64,000 bases of DNA from an uncultured candidate division Zixibacteria bacterium (GCA_963664195.1 OY760907.1:3520001-3584000), one strand, 5' to 3'. Numbered from the stretch's first letter, positions 48,845-59,928 are shown. Notes: generated by a model from the letters alone, not told the origin. Program-made: numbers and translations.

Positions 48845-49176
48845 GCTCCTCACACAGCCGAAATTGCCATCGTACAGTGTAACCGCCGTGTAAAACCGAA
48901 CGATGTCCCTATCGGATCGTCAATGTCCGGTACCAGGAAAGGCCGGACAGCCTTCGTCGATCCGCATCGGCTTCGCCCATATATATGGCAATTCGGTTGC
49001 CAATCGCACCGACCATCACTCATGCCATTGGCTGTCAACGAATTACGGGGGCAGCCTATGTTGAGTCGCATGGCTGCCGTCAATGATCACGCGCAGGATG
49101 TGCGTTTTGACTCTGCTTGATTCGTAAGGATATCCGAAATCGCGTGACTTCGTTAAGTGAACTGCCTCCAAACGAA

Positions 49177-49209
49177 GAAAGCCCTCTCCACTTCCTGGAG
49201 AGGGCTTTC
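49177..49209 (-). terminator. Terminator of 49259..50089
   Basis: gaaagccctctcca-cttcc-tggagagggctttc. Confidence 0.75.
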
Positions 49210-49258
49210 CTGTACTTTATCAATCACGCAGTTTCACACTACCGATCTGACGATCAGC

Positions 49259-50089
49259 TTATTTGAGCATCATCATCTTCTTCGTTTCGACGAAATTGTC
49301 CGCCTGGATACGATAGAAGTACACTCCGCTAGAAACCGCTCCGCCGCGAGAATTGCGGCCGTCCCACGTAACCGTATGGTTTCCGGCCGGCATGTCCTGG
49401 CTGACCAGAGAGGTTACTTGCTGACCAAGGACATTGTACACAGTCAGTTCGACACTCGACGGTGACGGCAGACTGAAGGCAATCTCGGTGGTCGGATTGA
49501 ACGGGTTCGGATAGTTCTGCTCCAGCGCAAAGACCGTCGGCAGGTTCTGTCCAGCCAGTCCGGCAAAAGCAACGGTCACACCTTCAAAAACCGGCATGGT
49601 TTTGTCATGTGCAACCTGGTCCGGGTTCGAACGGGTGTTGTAAATGAACATCAGTTCGTGATGTGGTTTCTCCATGACAAGCGGGCTAAGCGTAAGTTCG
49701 CTTACGGTCGGATTGTCCACCTCGAATACGAGATTGGCAATGGCACCGTGCCCGGCTGTAAGAGCCGCCCTTTTCGTCGGAGACAACTGGTTCACCAAAC
49801 CGATAATGACAACGTTCTTTTCATTGTCAATATTGGCCAGTTTCAGATCCCAGTCTGCCACCCGCGTGTTTTCAAAAGTGACTTCTTTCAAGGTCACGCC
49901 TTCAGAAAACTGCAGCGGGATGTCCATGGCCATCAGGCCGTTGTCGTTAGCAATTTCCAACGGCACCGTGATCGTGTTGTCCGCACCGATCACCGCATCC
50001 TTCGCTGCGAAATTGTCGGCGGAGAACACCAGCGCGGGAACCAGCAGGATTGCTACGAGAATAGTGATAGTATTAAATCGTTTCAACAA
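49259..50089 (-). CDS. Cohesin-like domain plus T9SS-A/FlgD-Ig C-terminal sorting domain
   Basis: ITVPLEIAN..GLMAMDIPLQF..LKEVTF..G.GAIANLVF; LEQNYPNPFNP..WDGRN..SGVYFY. Confidence 0.85.
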   Translation of the reverse strand: MLKRFNTITILVAILLVPALVFSADNFAAKDAVIGADNTITVPLEIANDNGLMAMDIPLQFSEGVTLKEVTFENTRVADWDLKLANIDNEKNVVIIGLVNQLSPTKRAALTAGHGAIANLVFEVDNPTVSELTLSPLVMEKPHHELMFIYNTRSNPDQVAHDKTMPVFEGVTVAFAGLAGQNLPTVFALEQNYPNPFNPTTEIAFSLPSPSSVELTVYNVLGQQVTSLVSQDMPAGNHTVTWDGRNSRGGAVSSGVYFYRIQADNFVETKKMMMLK

Positions 50090-50711
50090 TGTTCACCCCC
50101 TCAGGGTTGAATTAGTTGGCGTTGTGGTTGATCCGTGAAGACTCCTGTCAGCACGGCAACCGCTTCCTACCGCAATACGAAATTCTTTTTACAAGTCAGT
50201 CAAATACTTCGCGTGTATGTGGCGCAACCAGAGAAGCGGTAATACTTGGCGGGATTCCTTATCGTCTTGTTTCAAAAATAACCCCGCGGACACATGTTGT
50301 CAAGCTGTTTCTCTAGTATCCTCATACTTAACAAGGTTTTAGCAACTGTTAGGCCGATAGCCTCAAGATTGACCAGATCACCCCGAATAATGTGCTGCAC
50401 ACCCTTTCACGCCCTCGTAACTGTATTACAATTGAACAGCCGGTTTGGTTCCATACTAAAACAAACATACAATCACTTTGCAGAAGTACCCCCGTTTGCC
50501 TCATTCTGGACGCAGATTCTGCGGACCAGCCCTCTTATAGGGGATCAGTGCTCGAACTCCACGCATCCAATTGCACATAACGTGCGGCAGGACACTCGCG
50601 GATTGCACTCTCCGCCCCCCGCCTATCCTTTAAATCCTTGACATGATTGCAGTTTAGGCCAATTTTGGGAGTCAAATCATCGGCTCAAACATATCTCACT
50701 CTGGAGGTCAG

Positions 50712-52688
50712 GTGGACAACTCCCCCGGAAACTCGACCAAGAAATTCACGCCGGTCATTCCTGCCCATGAAACCGTGGCGGAAGTAACCTGGCGGGCGAT
50801 CATTCTTGGTGCCCTCATTTCGGTACTTTTTGGCGTTGCCAACGCGTATCTGGCACTCAAATTCGGCATGACTGTATCGTCATCTATCCCGGCAGCGGTC
50901 ATTTCGATGGCCGTGCTCAGGGTTTTCATGAGAAGCCGTCGGGCGACAGTGCTGGAGAACAACATTGTACAAACGGTCGGCTCCGCGGGTGAATCTCTGG
51001 CCGCCGGCCTGACTTTCACGATCCCGGCGTTTTTCATCTGGGCCGCCAACGATGAACTGGTCGCGCAGGGTTATTTCCATGAGGTTTCGAAAACCCAGAT
51101 TTTCTGGCTGTCGATGCTCGGCGGTGCGCTGGGTATTCTCCTGATGATCCCTCTTCGGAAGTACCTCGTGGAAAAGGAACACGGCAACCTGAAGTTTCCC
51201 GAAGGTACCGCCTGTGCCGAGATCATTGTCGCCGGAGACGAAGGCGGCAGCAAGGCCAAGATGGTGTTCACAGGCATCGGTCTTGGCGCCCTGTATAAGA
51301 TCGGATATGACATCATTGAGGCCTGGCCGATTACTCCGCAGCACAATTTCAAGGGTTTCCTCAAAGGAGGTACGATAGGTGTCGATGCCACGCCTGCACT
51401 TCTTGGTGTCGGATATATCATTGGGCCACGGATTGCGGCCCTGATGCTTTCCGGCGCGGTGCTCGGGTATCTCGCAATCGGTCCATTCCTCTCGTACATC
51501 GGCGACATGCTGCCGGGCATGATCGTTTCCCCCGGAACCATTCCACTGGGACAAATGGACCCTGACCAGTTGAGAGGAGCGTACATCAAATACCTTGGCG
51601 TGGGTGCGGTCTCGGTCGGAGGGTTTGTATCGTTGCTGAAATCGTTCCCGATCATCATTTCTTCATTCGGCAAAGGTTTCAGCGAACTCCTCGGAAAACG
51701 CACCAATGCCAACGCTCCGCGCACAGATCAGGACATCCCCATGAAGTGGGTACTCCTCGGCGTGGTCGGAGTAATCGTCGGTATCTGGCTGATCCCCGGA
51801 ACGGGATTGACGCTTCTGGCCATCTCGCTGGCAATCTTTTTTGGATTCCTGTTTGTGGTGGTGGCAGCACGAATCGTAGGAATCGTCGGCTCGTCATCAT
51901 CACCGGTCTCTGGGATGACGATTGCCACTCTTCTTGTCAGTTGTCTGGTATTGGTCTATTTTGGTGCGTCCGGCATTACCGGGATGATCGCCGCTATGTC
52001 GGTCGGCACAGTAGTCTGCATCGCGGTGTGTATGTCCGGTGACATCGCACAAGACCTCAAGACAGGATTCCTGCTCGGAGCAACTCCAAGAAAACAGCAG
52101 TGGACGGAATTCATCGGGTTGCTCTTCCCTGCCATCGCGATGGGCTTCACAATCTACTATCTGAACGATGCCTTTGGCTTCACGGCTGTCGAGGGGGCGA
52201 CCCGTGATCCGCTCCTGGCGCCCCAGGCCAATATCATGGCAACGGTAGTCCAGGGAGTTATGAACTCCAACCTGCCGTGGGAACCGATTATCGTGGGCGG
52301 CGTCATTGCCCTGTCGATTGAATTGCTGGGTATCGGTTCGCTTCCGGTAGCCATCGGATTGTACTTGCCGTTGTCGCTCTCGACCCCGATTATGATCGGG
52401 GGACTAGTCGCCTGGCTCGTAAAACGTCAATCAACGAAGCAACAGTATGAGAAACGCAACCTGCGCGGCATCCTTTTCGCCTCCGGTATGGTGGCTGGCG
52501 ACGGTCTGTTCGGTGTGGTGGGTGCCTTCATGATAGGCTCCTGGCCGGCGTTCGCTGACTACTACGACGGACATTACGGCATGCTCAATTCATTGTCAGG
52601 TAGCTACGGCCCCTGGGTTGCGCTGGGTGTATTCGGATTGCTCACGGCTACCCTCGCACACATGGCGTTCAAGGGATTTAAGAAGTAA
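50712..52688 (+). CDS. OPT-family oligopeptide transporter
   Basis: NAYLALKFGMTVSSSIPAAV, FPEGTAC, QDLKTG, APQA. Confidence 0.95.
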   Translation: MDNSPGNSTKKFTPVIPAHETVAEVTWRAIILGALISVLFGVANAYLALKFGMTVSSSIPAAVISMAVLRVFMRSRRATVLENNIVQTVGSAGESLAAGLTFTIPAFFIWAANDELVAQGYFHEVSKTQIFWLSMLGGALGILLMIPLRKYLVEKEHGNLKFPEGTACAEIIVAGDEGGSKAKMVFTGIGLGALYKIGYDIIEAWPITPQHNFKGFLKGGTIGVDATPALLGVGYIIGPRIAALMLSGAVLGYLAIGPFLSYIGDMLPGMIVSPGTIPLGQMDPDQLRGAYIKYLGVGAVSVGGFVSLLKSFPIIISSFGKGFSELLGKRTNANAPRTDQDIPMKWVLLGVVGVIVGIWLIPGTGLTLLAISLAIFFGFLFVVVAARIVGIVGSSSSPVSGMTIATLLVSCLVLVYFGASGITGMIAAMSVGTVVCIAVCMSGDIAQDLKTGFLLGATPRKQQWTEFIGLLFPAIAMGFTIYYLNDAFGFTAVEGATRDPLLAPQANIMATVVQGVMNSNLPWEPIIVGGVIALSIELLGIGSLPVAIGLYLPLSLSTPIMIGGLVAWLVKRQSTKQQYEKRNLRGILFASGMVAGDGLFGVVGAFMIGSWPAFADYYDGHYGMLNSLSGSYGPWVALGVFGLLTATLAHMAFKGFKK

Positions 52689-52705
52689 ACGCGCAGTTCC
52701 AGACT

Positions 52706-52737
52706 AAACGGCTCCGTCTCCGGCGGGGCCGTTTTTT
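52706..52737 (+). terminator. Rho-independent terminator
   Basis: aaacggctccgtc-tcc-ggcggggccgtttttt. Confidence 0.8.
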
Positions 52738-52862
52738 CCCCCCCAACAATGCCGCAATTCCCTTTACTCCTTGTTGACCCGACCAAACGTCTGCATTACC
52801 ATAGAAGCCCGCCACTAACAAACTGGCAACTCAACGAACGTATATTTCGGAGTCGAAAACTG

Positions 52863-53351
52863 TTGGCAGCAAAAAACAACAAAGCGCTCTTCAAGGTAAG
52901 ACGGTCCGGCATCCAGGGAAAGGGTGCCTTTGCGACCCGTCGTATCCGCCCGGGACAGCGCATAATCGAATACAAGGGGGAACGTATCGACGACAAAGAA
53001 ATCGAGCGTCGGTACGATGACGACGCCATGGAGCGCCACCACACATTTCTTTTCGGCGTAGAAGACGATGTCACCATCGACGCCACCCGTCGCGGCAGCC
53101 AGGCCAAATACATCAACCACTCGTGCGACCCGAACTGCGAGGCGGTTTTGGATGCGGGACGGGTCTATATCGAGGCGATCCGCAATATCCAGCCAGGGGT
53201 GGAACTCTGCTACGACTATGGATTCGAATACGAGGGGCGTCTGACAAAGGCCATGCGGGAACAGTATCCGTGCCGTTGCGGCTCGGCTAATTGCCGCGGC
53301 ACTATTCTTAAGCCGAAAACGAAAAAGCGCCCGAAGACGAAACGCGGGTGA
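52863..53351 (+). CDS. SET-domain lysine methyltransferase with post-SET
   Basis: SGIQGKGAFA, YINHSCDPN, ELCYDY, CRCGSANCRG; start estimated from GGAG RBS. Confidence 0.92.
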   Translation: MAAKNNKALFKVRRSGIQGKGAFATRRIRPGQRIIEYKGERIDDKEIERRYDDDAMERHHTFLFGVEDDVTIDATRRGSQAKYINHSCDPNCEAVLDAGRVYIEAIRNIQPGVELCYDYGFEYEGRLTKAMREQYPCRCGSANCRGTILKPKTKKRPKTKRG

Positions 53352-53361
53352 CTTGTCGCCA

Positions 53362-54273
53362 TCAGTACTTTTTGCGCCGCTCAATCATGTAATTGGAACC
53401 GGGGTTGGCTTTCACAGCCTTCTTGAGATCTGCGAGCATACGGGACAGCTCGCCAAGATGACGAAACTCACCATTTTCGTTTATGATCACGCCAATAGAT
53501 ATTGAAAGTATGGGGAAGCGTTCGTTCTCGCCACGACGGTTGATGGTGTCGATGTAGCCGCGCTGGCGGTCGACCTCATCGTATCGATACGGAATGAAGG
53601 CATCAAAACATCGAATGATCCAGCGACAGACATCATGGACAATATCAGCCGGTATCACGCAGATAAAATCATCACCGGCGATATGCCCCACAAATCCCTC
53701 GGGACAGAGATCAAACACAATGTCACGCAGGATACGGCCGGTCATGCGAATGATTCTGTCGCCGTAGACATAACCGTAGTAATCGTTGAACGGCTTGAAA
53801 TTATCCAGGTCGGCGTAGCAGATCGCAAACCGTTCACCGCGTGTCAGTTGGAAATTGATTTCCTTCTCGATGCTGGCCGGTCCCGGCAAAGCGGTCGACG
53901 GGTTGACGGCCAGATCGCGACGGCTGCGCGCGATCACTGAAGTAATCCGCACTTCGACCAGCTTTTCCACCCATTCGCCGTAGATAAATTCTTCAACCTG
54001 ACACTCGTAAGCGGCAACCACCATATTCAAGTCAGGGTCGGGATGGTACAGAATGACCGGTACGATCGAGAGCAGAATATTCTGTTTGATGGCTCTGACA
54101 AGGTCAATCTCACGCAGGAAATCACCGCGTCCGCCAACGAAAATGGCGTTAATCGGGTGGCGATGACAAATCGTCACCAGCTCGTCAAAACTGTCGAAAA
54201 AGTGGAAGGAATGGGGTCGATCTCTGAAAAACCGGTCTACATGGTAGTCAAGATTCACCCCGGTCTGCTTCAT
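53362..54273 (-). CDS. GGDEF protein with degenerate receiver-like domain
   Basis: NPSTALPG, DLDNFKPFNDYYG..GD, GHIAGDDF; start estimated. Confidence 0.85.
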   Translation of the reverse strand: MKQTGVNLDYHVDRFFRDRPHSFHFFDSFDELVTICHRHPINAIFVGGRGDFLREIDLVRAIKQNILLSIVPVILYHPDPDLNMVVAAYECQVEEFIYGEWVEKLVEVRITSVIARSRRDLAVNPSTALPGPASIEKEINFQLTRGERFAICYADLDNFKPFNDYYGYVYGDRIIRMTGRILRDIVFDLCPEGFVGHIAGDDFICVIPADIVHDVCRWIIRCFDAFIPYRYDEVDRQRGYIDTINRRGENERFPILSISIGVIINENGEFRHLGELSRMLADLKKAVKANPGSNYMIERRKKY

Positions 54274-54292
54274 CGCAAAATGAAGTATTGAC

Positions 54293-55225
54293 TCAGTCTT
54301 CGTCTCCGCTTCGCTGGAAACCGGCCAATTCTCGAGGGTGATGTTTTCTATGCTCTGCAACGATATAGTCTCGGTCAATTCGGGTGTAAATCTCCGTAGT
54401 AGATATATCGGCATGTCCGAGCATTTCTTGTACAGTTCTTAGGTCCGCCCCGCCCATTAGCAGATGTGTTGCAAAGGAATGCCGGAAGCTGTGGGGTGTC
54501 ACGACCTTGAGAATGCCCGCTCCGACGATTGCTTTTTTGACAATTTTCCACAATCCGACACGGGAAAACGTTCTACCGCTGTGACTTAACACCAAGTAAC
54601 CGTTCGCCGCTGTCCGCAGGGGGCCGTCGCTAACTTCGAGATATTTCTCGACAGCTTCCTTAGCAGGGCCGCCTATGGGAACCAATCGTTGCTTGTTGCC
54701 TTTGCCAGTGACTTTAACGAATCCCGCCTCGAATTCGATATTGGCCACCTTTAGACTGATCAATTCGGATATCCTGAGACCGCAACCGTAGAGCAGTTCG
54801 ATGATGGCCCGGTTTCGCTCCGGCTGACGGACGTTTCTTCCGGCAGCATCGATTATTCGCCCTACTTCCTCGGCGGACAGATAATCAGGATGATATCGGG
54901 CAATCCGGGGGGCGCGGTAAGCTTTGGCCGGATTGTCTTTCATCCCAGCCGAAAGCTCCGTCTCTATCAGATAATCGAAGAAGTGCTTTACGCTGGACAG
55001 TTTGCGGGCAAGCGTGGTCGGTTTACGCCCTTTCTGCACCAGTTCGCCGAAGAAGCGGGTAATGTCGGAGGGGGTGATTGATCCAGGAACGCAGTCTTTG
55101 AAACGGGCGGCCAACTCCCGAAGATCGGTACGGTAGGCGGCCAGCGAGTTCTGCGACAAACCTCGTTCGAGCCGCAAGTGCTGCATGAAGATGTCTATCG
55201 CATTTTGGAAAACAGCGTTAGCCAC
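54293..55225 (-). CDS. xerD: Tyrosine recombinase XerD
   Basis: ERGLSQNSLAAYRTDL, LYGCGLRISEL, GKGNKQRLVP, TPHSFRHSFATHLL, LGHADISTTEIY. Confidence 0.93.
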   Translation of the reverse strand: MANAVFQNAIDIFMQHLRLERGLSQNSLAAYRTDLRELAARFKDCVPGSITPSDITRFFGELVQKGRKPTTLARKLSSVKHFFDYLIETELSAGMKDNPAKAYRAPRIARYHPDYLSAEEVGRIIDAAGRNVRQPERNRAIIELLYGCGLRISELISLKVANIEFEAGFVKVTGKGNKQRLVPIGGPAKEAVEKYLEVSDGPLRTAANGYLVLSHSGRTFSRVGLWKIVKKAIVGAGILKVVTPHSFRHSFATHLLMGGADLRTVQEMLGHADISTTEIYTRIDRDYIVAEHRKHHPRELAGFQRSGDED

Positions 55226-55227
55226 AA

Positions 55228-55935
55228 TTACAGACCGTGAGCCATGGCGATTACTGCCGGTACCCTGTAACCGGCCTTGATCAGTACGCGGCGGGCCTCA
55301 AGCACGGTCTGCCCGCTGGTAACGACGTCATCCACGAGAACCAAGTTGCGCTCATTGTCTTGAGTCTCAGGATCGACCAGTGTGAAAACGCCCTTGATGT
55401 TGCGTTCACGGTCTGACTCCTTGAGCCGCGACTGCGGTTTGCGCCTAATCGTCCGCACCAGAGTCTGATCGTTCACCGGAATATCCAGTCGCCGTCCGAT
55501 TTCTTCGGCCAGCAACGTTGCCTGGTTGTACCCGCGACTGTACTCTCTCGATGGATGCAACGGTATCGGCACCAATTCGACCGTACCAAGTTTCGTTATT
55601 CCATCCCCAAACTGGCTGACGATTTTGTCTGCCAGACAACCAGCTATCCCCGTGACGCCACGAAACTTGAAGTTGATAATGATCTCCCTCAGCGGGTCGG
55701 AATAATCCCCGGCAGCAAACAACTGCAGTTCGCTGGCTTTGCCCGTGTCGTGGGAAGTCGGTTCCTTGGTGGCCAGCATAAACGGAGTCTGATACCAGTC
55801 AATCCTGCTCCGGCAGAGATCGCAAATATCTCCTTCCTCCTCGTGGAATCCTCCACAACCGGCGCAGAGCGGCGGGAAGGCGAAGTCCAGCATTCCCCTG
55901 ATCACAGGGAATTTCTTTCGCAAGAAAGTTAACAT
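55228..55935 (-). CDS. comF: ComF family protein
   Basis: FPPLCAGC..CDLC, PIPLH, RGYNQA, LVDDVVTSGQT. Confidence 0.92.
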   Translation of the reverse strand: MLTFLRKKFPVIRGMLDFAFPPLCAGCGGFHEEEGDICDLCRSRIDWYQTPFMLATKEPTSHDTGKASELQLFAAGDYSDPLREIIINFKFRGVTGIAGCLADKIVSQFGDGITKLGTVELVPIPLHPSREYSRGYNQATLLAEEIGRRLDIPVNDQTLVRTIRRKPQSRLKESDRERNIKGVFTLVDPETQDNERNLVLVDDVVTSGQTVLEARRVLIKAGYRVPAVIAMAHGL

Positions 55936-56006
55936 AATATCCAAGGAACAAATACAGAGAAATCTGGCAAGTAAAAAAAACGATACGTGGTGTCGATGTG
56001 GTATCG

Positions 56007-57068
56007 TCAGGCCAAACGACCGAACCAGCGCTTGAACGAGTGCCAGAACATGAGTGCGCTCAATGAAACGGCACAGACGATATTGAAAAGCGAACCTGAG
56101 TGTTCGTGCCCCACGTTCCGGTACAGCGGATTGATGCCAAGAGCATCGTACAGCCAATCCACCGCAAGGCCGCAGACAATCGACACGGCAGCAATCACGA
56201 CCAGATACCGAATCGTGGCCGGAATACCGAGAATCCGTTTTAGCACCGCCAGAGCGGCCATATTAGTGGCCGGTCCCACCATGAGAAACACCATTATTGC
56301 TCCCGGGGGAAAACCGGCTGCAAGCAACACCGCCGCCAGCGGAGTCGAAGATGTGGCGCAGATATACAGCGGAAGCCCCAGCACAATAGCCCCCACGTAC
56401 GCCAGCCAACCGCTCGTCAGGCTTTCCGGTATGGCGTCAAGACGAGGCCCGAGTAGCGCGGCTACGAGTCCCGCCAATACGTAGCCGACAAGCAGATAAG
56501 GAGCAAGATCGCCGATCAGAGTAGTGAAAGCGTGTTTCAGCCCGGACCATATCTTCGAAAAGAGCGAGTCGTATGTGTTTGTCTCAGCAGAATCACAGCA
56601 GCAGTCTCCTCCGCACGCTGCGGCCACCGGCATGGGAGTCATCGTTTCCTCTCCGGAGCCAAAGGCGTTTTCAACGAACCCCGCGGTCATCGCGGTGAGA
56701 AAAGCGGTGATCGGACGAGCCACTGTCAACAAGGGGTCTGTCAGGGAATAAGTCAGGAGGATCGAATCCACACCGCTCTCCGGCGTGGATACGAGAAACG
56801 ACACCGTCCCCCCTTTGCTCAACCCCGACTGCCTCAACTGTGATGCGACCGGCAAAACCGAGCAGGAACATAGCGGAAGCGGAACACCAATCAGGGCGGC
56901 CCGAACCACGGCCCCACTGCTGTTCTTCCCTACCAACCGGGACAGATTCTTCTCGTTGAGAAAAAGCCAGACCAGACCGGCAAGGGCTAGCCCGACCAGA
57001 AAGAAGAACGCCGAGTCGATCAGCATCATCCAGATCGATTCCAGCCAGAGGACGGCGAAGGTAGCCAA
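56007..57068 (-). CDS. ArsP/SO_0444-family permease
   Basis: GVPLPLCSCSVLP, STPESGVDS, PLYICATSSTP, GPATN. Confidence 0.9.
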   Translation of the reverse strand: MATFAVLWLESIWMMLIDSAFFFLVGLALAGLVWLFLNEKNLSRLVGKNSSGAVVRAALIGVPLPLCSCSVLPVASQLRQSGLSKGGTVSFLVSTPESGVDSILLTYSLTDPLLTVARPITAFLTAMTAGFVENAFGSGEETMTPMPVAAACGGDCCCDSAETNTYDSLFSKIWSGLKHAFTTLIGDLAPYLLVGYVLAGLVAALLGPRLDAIPESLTSGWLAYVGAIVLGLPLYICATSSTPLAAVLLAAGFPPGAIMVFLMVGPATNMAALAVLKRILGIPATIRYLVVIAAVSIVCGLAVDWLYDALGINPLYRNVGHEHSGSLFNIVCAVSLSALMFWHSFKRWFGRLA

Positions 57069-57071
57069 AAA

Positions 57072-57719
57072 CTATCCTTCCATATCTTTCAGTAACTGCC
57101 GGGCAGTCGGCGCCGAAGCACCGTCCGGAGCGATACTAAGATATCTCTCCCAGTAAACTCGGGCTGAATCAGTCTGCGCCTGACCGTGGTAAACGATGCC
57201 GATATTGAACACCGCAACCTCATGGCGCGGGTGAGCTTCGACAACCTTGAGGAATTCCTCCAGGGCGCGTTCCGGCAGTCCCATTGCGTACAGACAGGCA
57301 CCGTAGTCGGTACGGACATCGGGAGAGCGCGGATCAATCTCAAGCGCGCGACGGTATATCTCTGCCGCGAGGAGGAACTGACCGTCATCCATCTGTTTGT
57401 TGCCGGCACCAACGAGACCTTCGTAGTCCTGAGGTAGATCAGCAGGCAAGGCCATCCCCATACCACCTTCGTGCCCTGGCGCGCCGGAGGAAGGTTGAGC
57501 GGTGGGAGGCACAGGCGGCGTTCCGGGCGTTTTGAGAGCAAAGAATCCAACGCTGAAAAGCGCAATCACTCCCACGACGATCAGTAGATCGTGATAGGAC
57601 GAGCGGCTTCCCGAGGGCGCCGCGGTCCTCTCTCCTTTCACCGTTGCACCGCACTCCGGGCAGAATCTCGGATTTCCGGCCAGCGGCTTGCCGCAGGCAT
57701 TGCACTTCAATTCACTCAT
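57072..57719 (-). CDS. Zinc-ribbon + TM + TPR protein
   Basis: CNACG..FCPECG, TM segment, TPR repeats. Confidence 0.85.
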   Translation of the reverse strand: MSELKCNACGKPLAGNPRFCPECGATVKGERTAAPSGSRSSYHDLLIVVGVIALFSVGFFALKTPGTPPVPPTAQPSSGAPGHEGGMGMALPADLPQDYEGLVGAGNKQMDDGQFLLAAEIYRRALEIDPRSPDVRTDYGACLYAMGLPERALEEFLKVVEAHPRHEVAVFNIGIVYHGQAQTDSARVYWERYLSIAPDGASAPTARQLLKDMEG

Positions 57720-57873
57720 ATACGACAAAACCCCTCGTAGTTTTCATGGACCTAATATAACCATGCCAGACCAATAAGCAATCCCTGACTTCACTCAATA
57801 TACGCATGACAGTCCGTTGACAATACCGTATTATACAACTCTTATACTGGCGTTCAAACCGGAAAGGAACCCG

Positions 57874-59604
57874 ATGAAATCGCTTGTTGTCCTCACAATC
57901 GCCCTGACACAGTGCTGTGGCTCGCTCGGAGCCGCTGCCTCCTCTTATCCCCTCACCGAAGACTCACTCCACGCCCGCGTTGCGGTCCTTGCGTCGGACT
58001 CGCTGGAAGGCCGAGAGGTCGGCGAGCCGGGGGAGTTGAAAGCGGCCCGCTATATTGAAGGCGTCATGCGCTCTTTCGGCCTTGAGCCGCGCGGCGACGA
58101 CGGTACGTACTTGCAGGCGTTCGAATTCACAAAAAGAATCGAGCACGGTGAGAAGAACCGTCTGGCGATAAACGGTGAGGACCTGCAAATCGGGACTGAA
58201 TTCGTACCGTTGCATCATACTGCGAACACCGCGTTTGAATTCAGTGAGATTGTCGACATCGGCTACGGCATCATCAACGAAGATAGTTCCTACAATGACT
58301 ACGAAGACAAGGACGTGGCAGGCAAGGCGGTTCTCATCCGCCGTTACGCTCCGGAAGTGGAAGCTGACAGCGCTGACACCACCGGTACAGACACCAACCC
58401 TTACGACCGCTACTCTGGTCTAACGAGCAAGATCATCACCGCGCTTGATCACGACGCCGCCGGCGTTTTCTTTTACACGCCGGCTTCTCACGATGACACA
58501 CTTTTGGCTTCCGGCGTTACCCGTGTCACGCCCAAAGATATTCCGATCGTTTTCCTTCGACGGGCGGGGCTTGAACGGCTCGGGCTCGATCTTGAAAGGC
58601 CTGACATTCGGGACCTCGTGGGTGAGACAGATCTCGTCCGCGTACGCGACACCGGTTACAACGTGATAGGATTGCTGCCCGGAGCAACTGACAGCGCAAT
58701 CGTGGCCGGCGCTCACTACGATCATCTCGGTTGGGGGGGACCTGCGTCACGTTATCTTGAGAAAGAACCTAAAATCCATTACGGCGCCGACGACAACGGT
58801 TCCGGCTCCGCAGCACTGATGGAACTGGCCGGCTATTTCGCGGGGCGAGACAGCCAGCTCAGACATTCGCTGCTATTCATAGCTTTTTCGGGCGAAGAAG
58901 CAGGGCTGCTTGGATCGAGTTACTTTGTGCGCAACTGGACCGTGGACAGGACCAAGTGCCAGATGATGGTAAACATGGACATGATCGGCAGACTCAAAGA
59001 GCAGGAGAAGGGACTCATCGTCATGGGGACCGGCACCTGTGAGCAATTCAAGGACTACTTTGACTCGCTCGACACCAGCGAGTTGAGAATGACATTCAGC
59101 GAATCCGGCAGTGGTCCCTCCGACCACGCCGCCTTTTATAACGACAGCATTCCGACGCTCCATTTTTTTACCGGTGCACATGAGGATTACCATACGCCGA
59201 GCGATGTCATCGAGAAAATCGATTTCGGCGGACTGGTCCGTGTCACGCAAATGGTAGGTGACATTGTGGAGCACTTCGACAGCTACTCGGGGCCGCTCGT
59301 ATTCCAGCGCACCAAAGACTCAGGGGAAGGACGACATCGGTCTTCGTTTTCCGTTACGCTCGGAGTCATGCCTGATTTTATTTCGGAAGTGAGGGGACTG
59401 AGAATCGACGGTGTCTCCCCTGAGCGTCCAGCCGACCGCGCGGGGCTGCTCAAAGGCGACATTATTATCCGCCTTGGCGAATACAACATCGGCGACATCT
59501 ACGACTACATGAATGCACTGGGTAAATTCCGCAAAGATGACACAGTCGAGACACTGATTGTCAGAGAGGCAGATACCCTGACCGTCACGGTGGAATTCAA
59601 GTAG
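57874..59604 (+). CDS. M28 peptidase with PA and PDZ domains
   Basis: GAHYDHLG, GADDNGSG, FSGEEAGLLGS, NMDMIGR, YHTPSD, TLGVMPD. Confidence 0.95.
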   Translation: MKSLVVLTIALTQCCGSLGAAASSYPLTEDSLHARVAVLASDSLEGREVGEPGELKAARYIEGVMRSFGLEPRGDDGTYLQAFEFTKRIEHGEKNRLAINGEDLQIGTEFVPLHHTANTAFEFSEIVDIGYGIINEDSSYNDYEDKDVAGKAVLIRRYAPEVEADSADTTGTDTNPYDRYSGLTSKIITALDHDAAGVFFYTPASHDDTLLASGVTRVTPKDIPIVFLRRAGLERLGLDLERPDIRDLVGETDLVRVRDTGYNVIGLLPGATDSAIVAGAHYDHLGWGGPASRYLEKEPKIHYGADDNGSGSAALMELAGYFAGRDSQLRHSLLFIAFSGEEAGLLGSSYFVRNWTVDRTKCQMMVNMDMIGRLKEQEKGLIVMGTGTCEQFKDYFDSLDTSELRMTFSESGSGPSDHAAFYNDSIPTLHFFTGAHEDYHTPSDVIEKIDFGGLVRVTQMVGDIVEHFDSYSGPLVFQRTKDSGEGRHRSSFSVTLGVMPDFISEVRGLRIDGVSPERPADRAGLLKGDIIIRLGEYNIGDIYDYMNALGKFRKDDTVETLIVREADTLTVTVEFK

Positions 59605-59928
59605 GCCCTGTTCAGTCTGGCGTCTTTTGGACAACGGGGCAGGAAAACTGTTCAACTTCTGAACATTGACGCATTTGGCTCAACATACTCCGGATCGGGG
59701 CCTCTCGGGATTTTGTCAACTTGGAACGCTTCTCAGGTAAGCCTATGATTGTCAATGTCTTGCATTGATGTCGCGGCTTCGTGTTCGGATTAAGCTCGGC
59801 GCAAAGAAGGGTCATCCGCCCGCCCGCCGGTCCGTTTCATTGCTCGTGAGTTCCAAGTGGCCGCTCTTTTTCATTAATAAAGTCTATGATTGTCAAGGAG
59901 ATGGGGGGGATATCCGATATGCTGTCCT

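Noticed and set aside
50090..50711. 620-bp intergenic region
   Set aside because: No convincing ORF, repeat or structure recognised; probably divergent promoters
54293..55225. Mobile-element integrase
   Set aside because: Motifs and context fit housekeeping XerD
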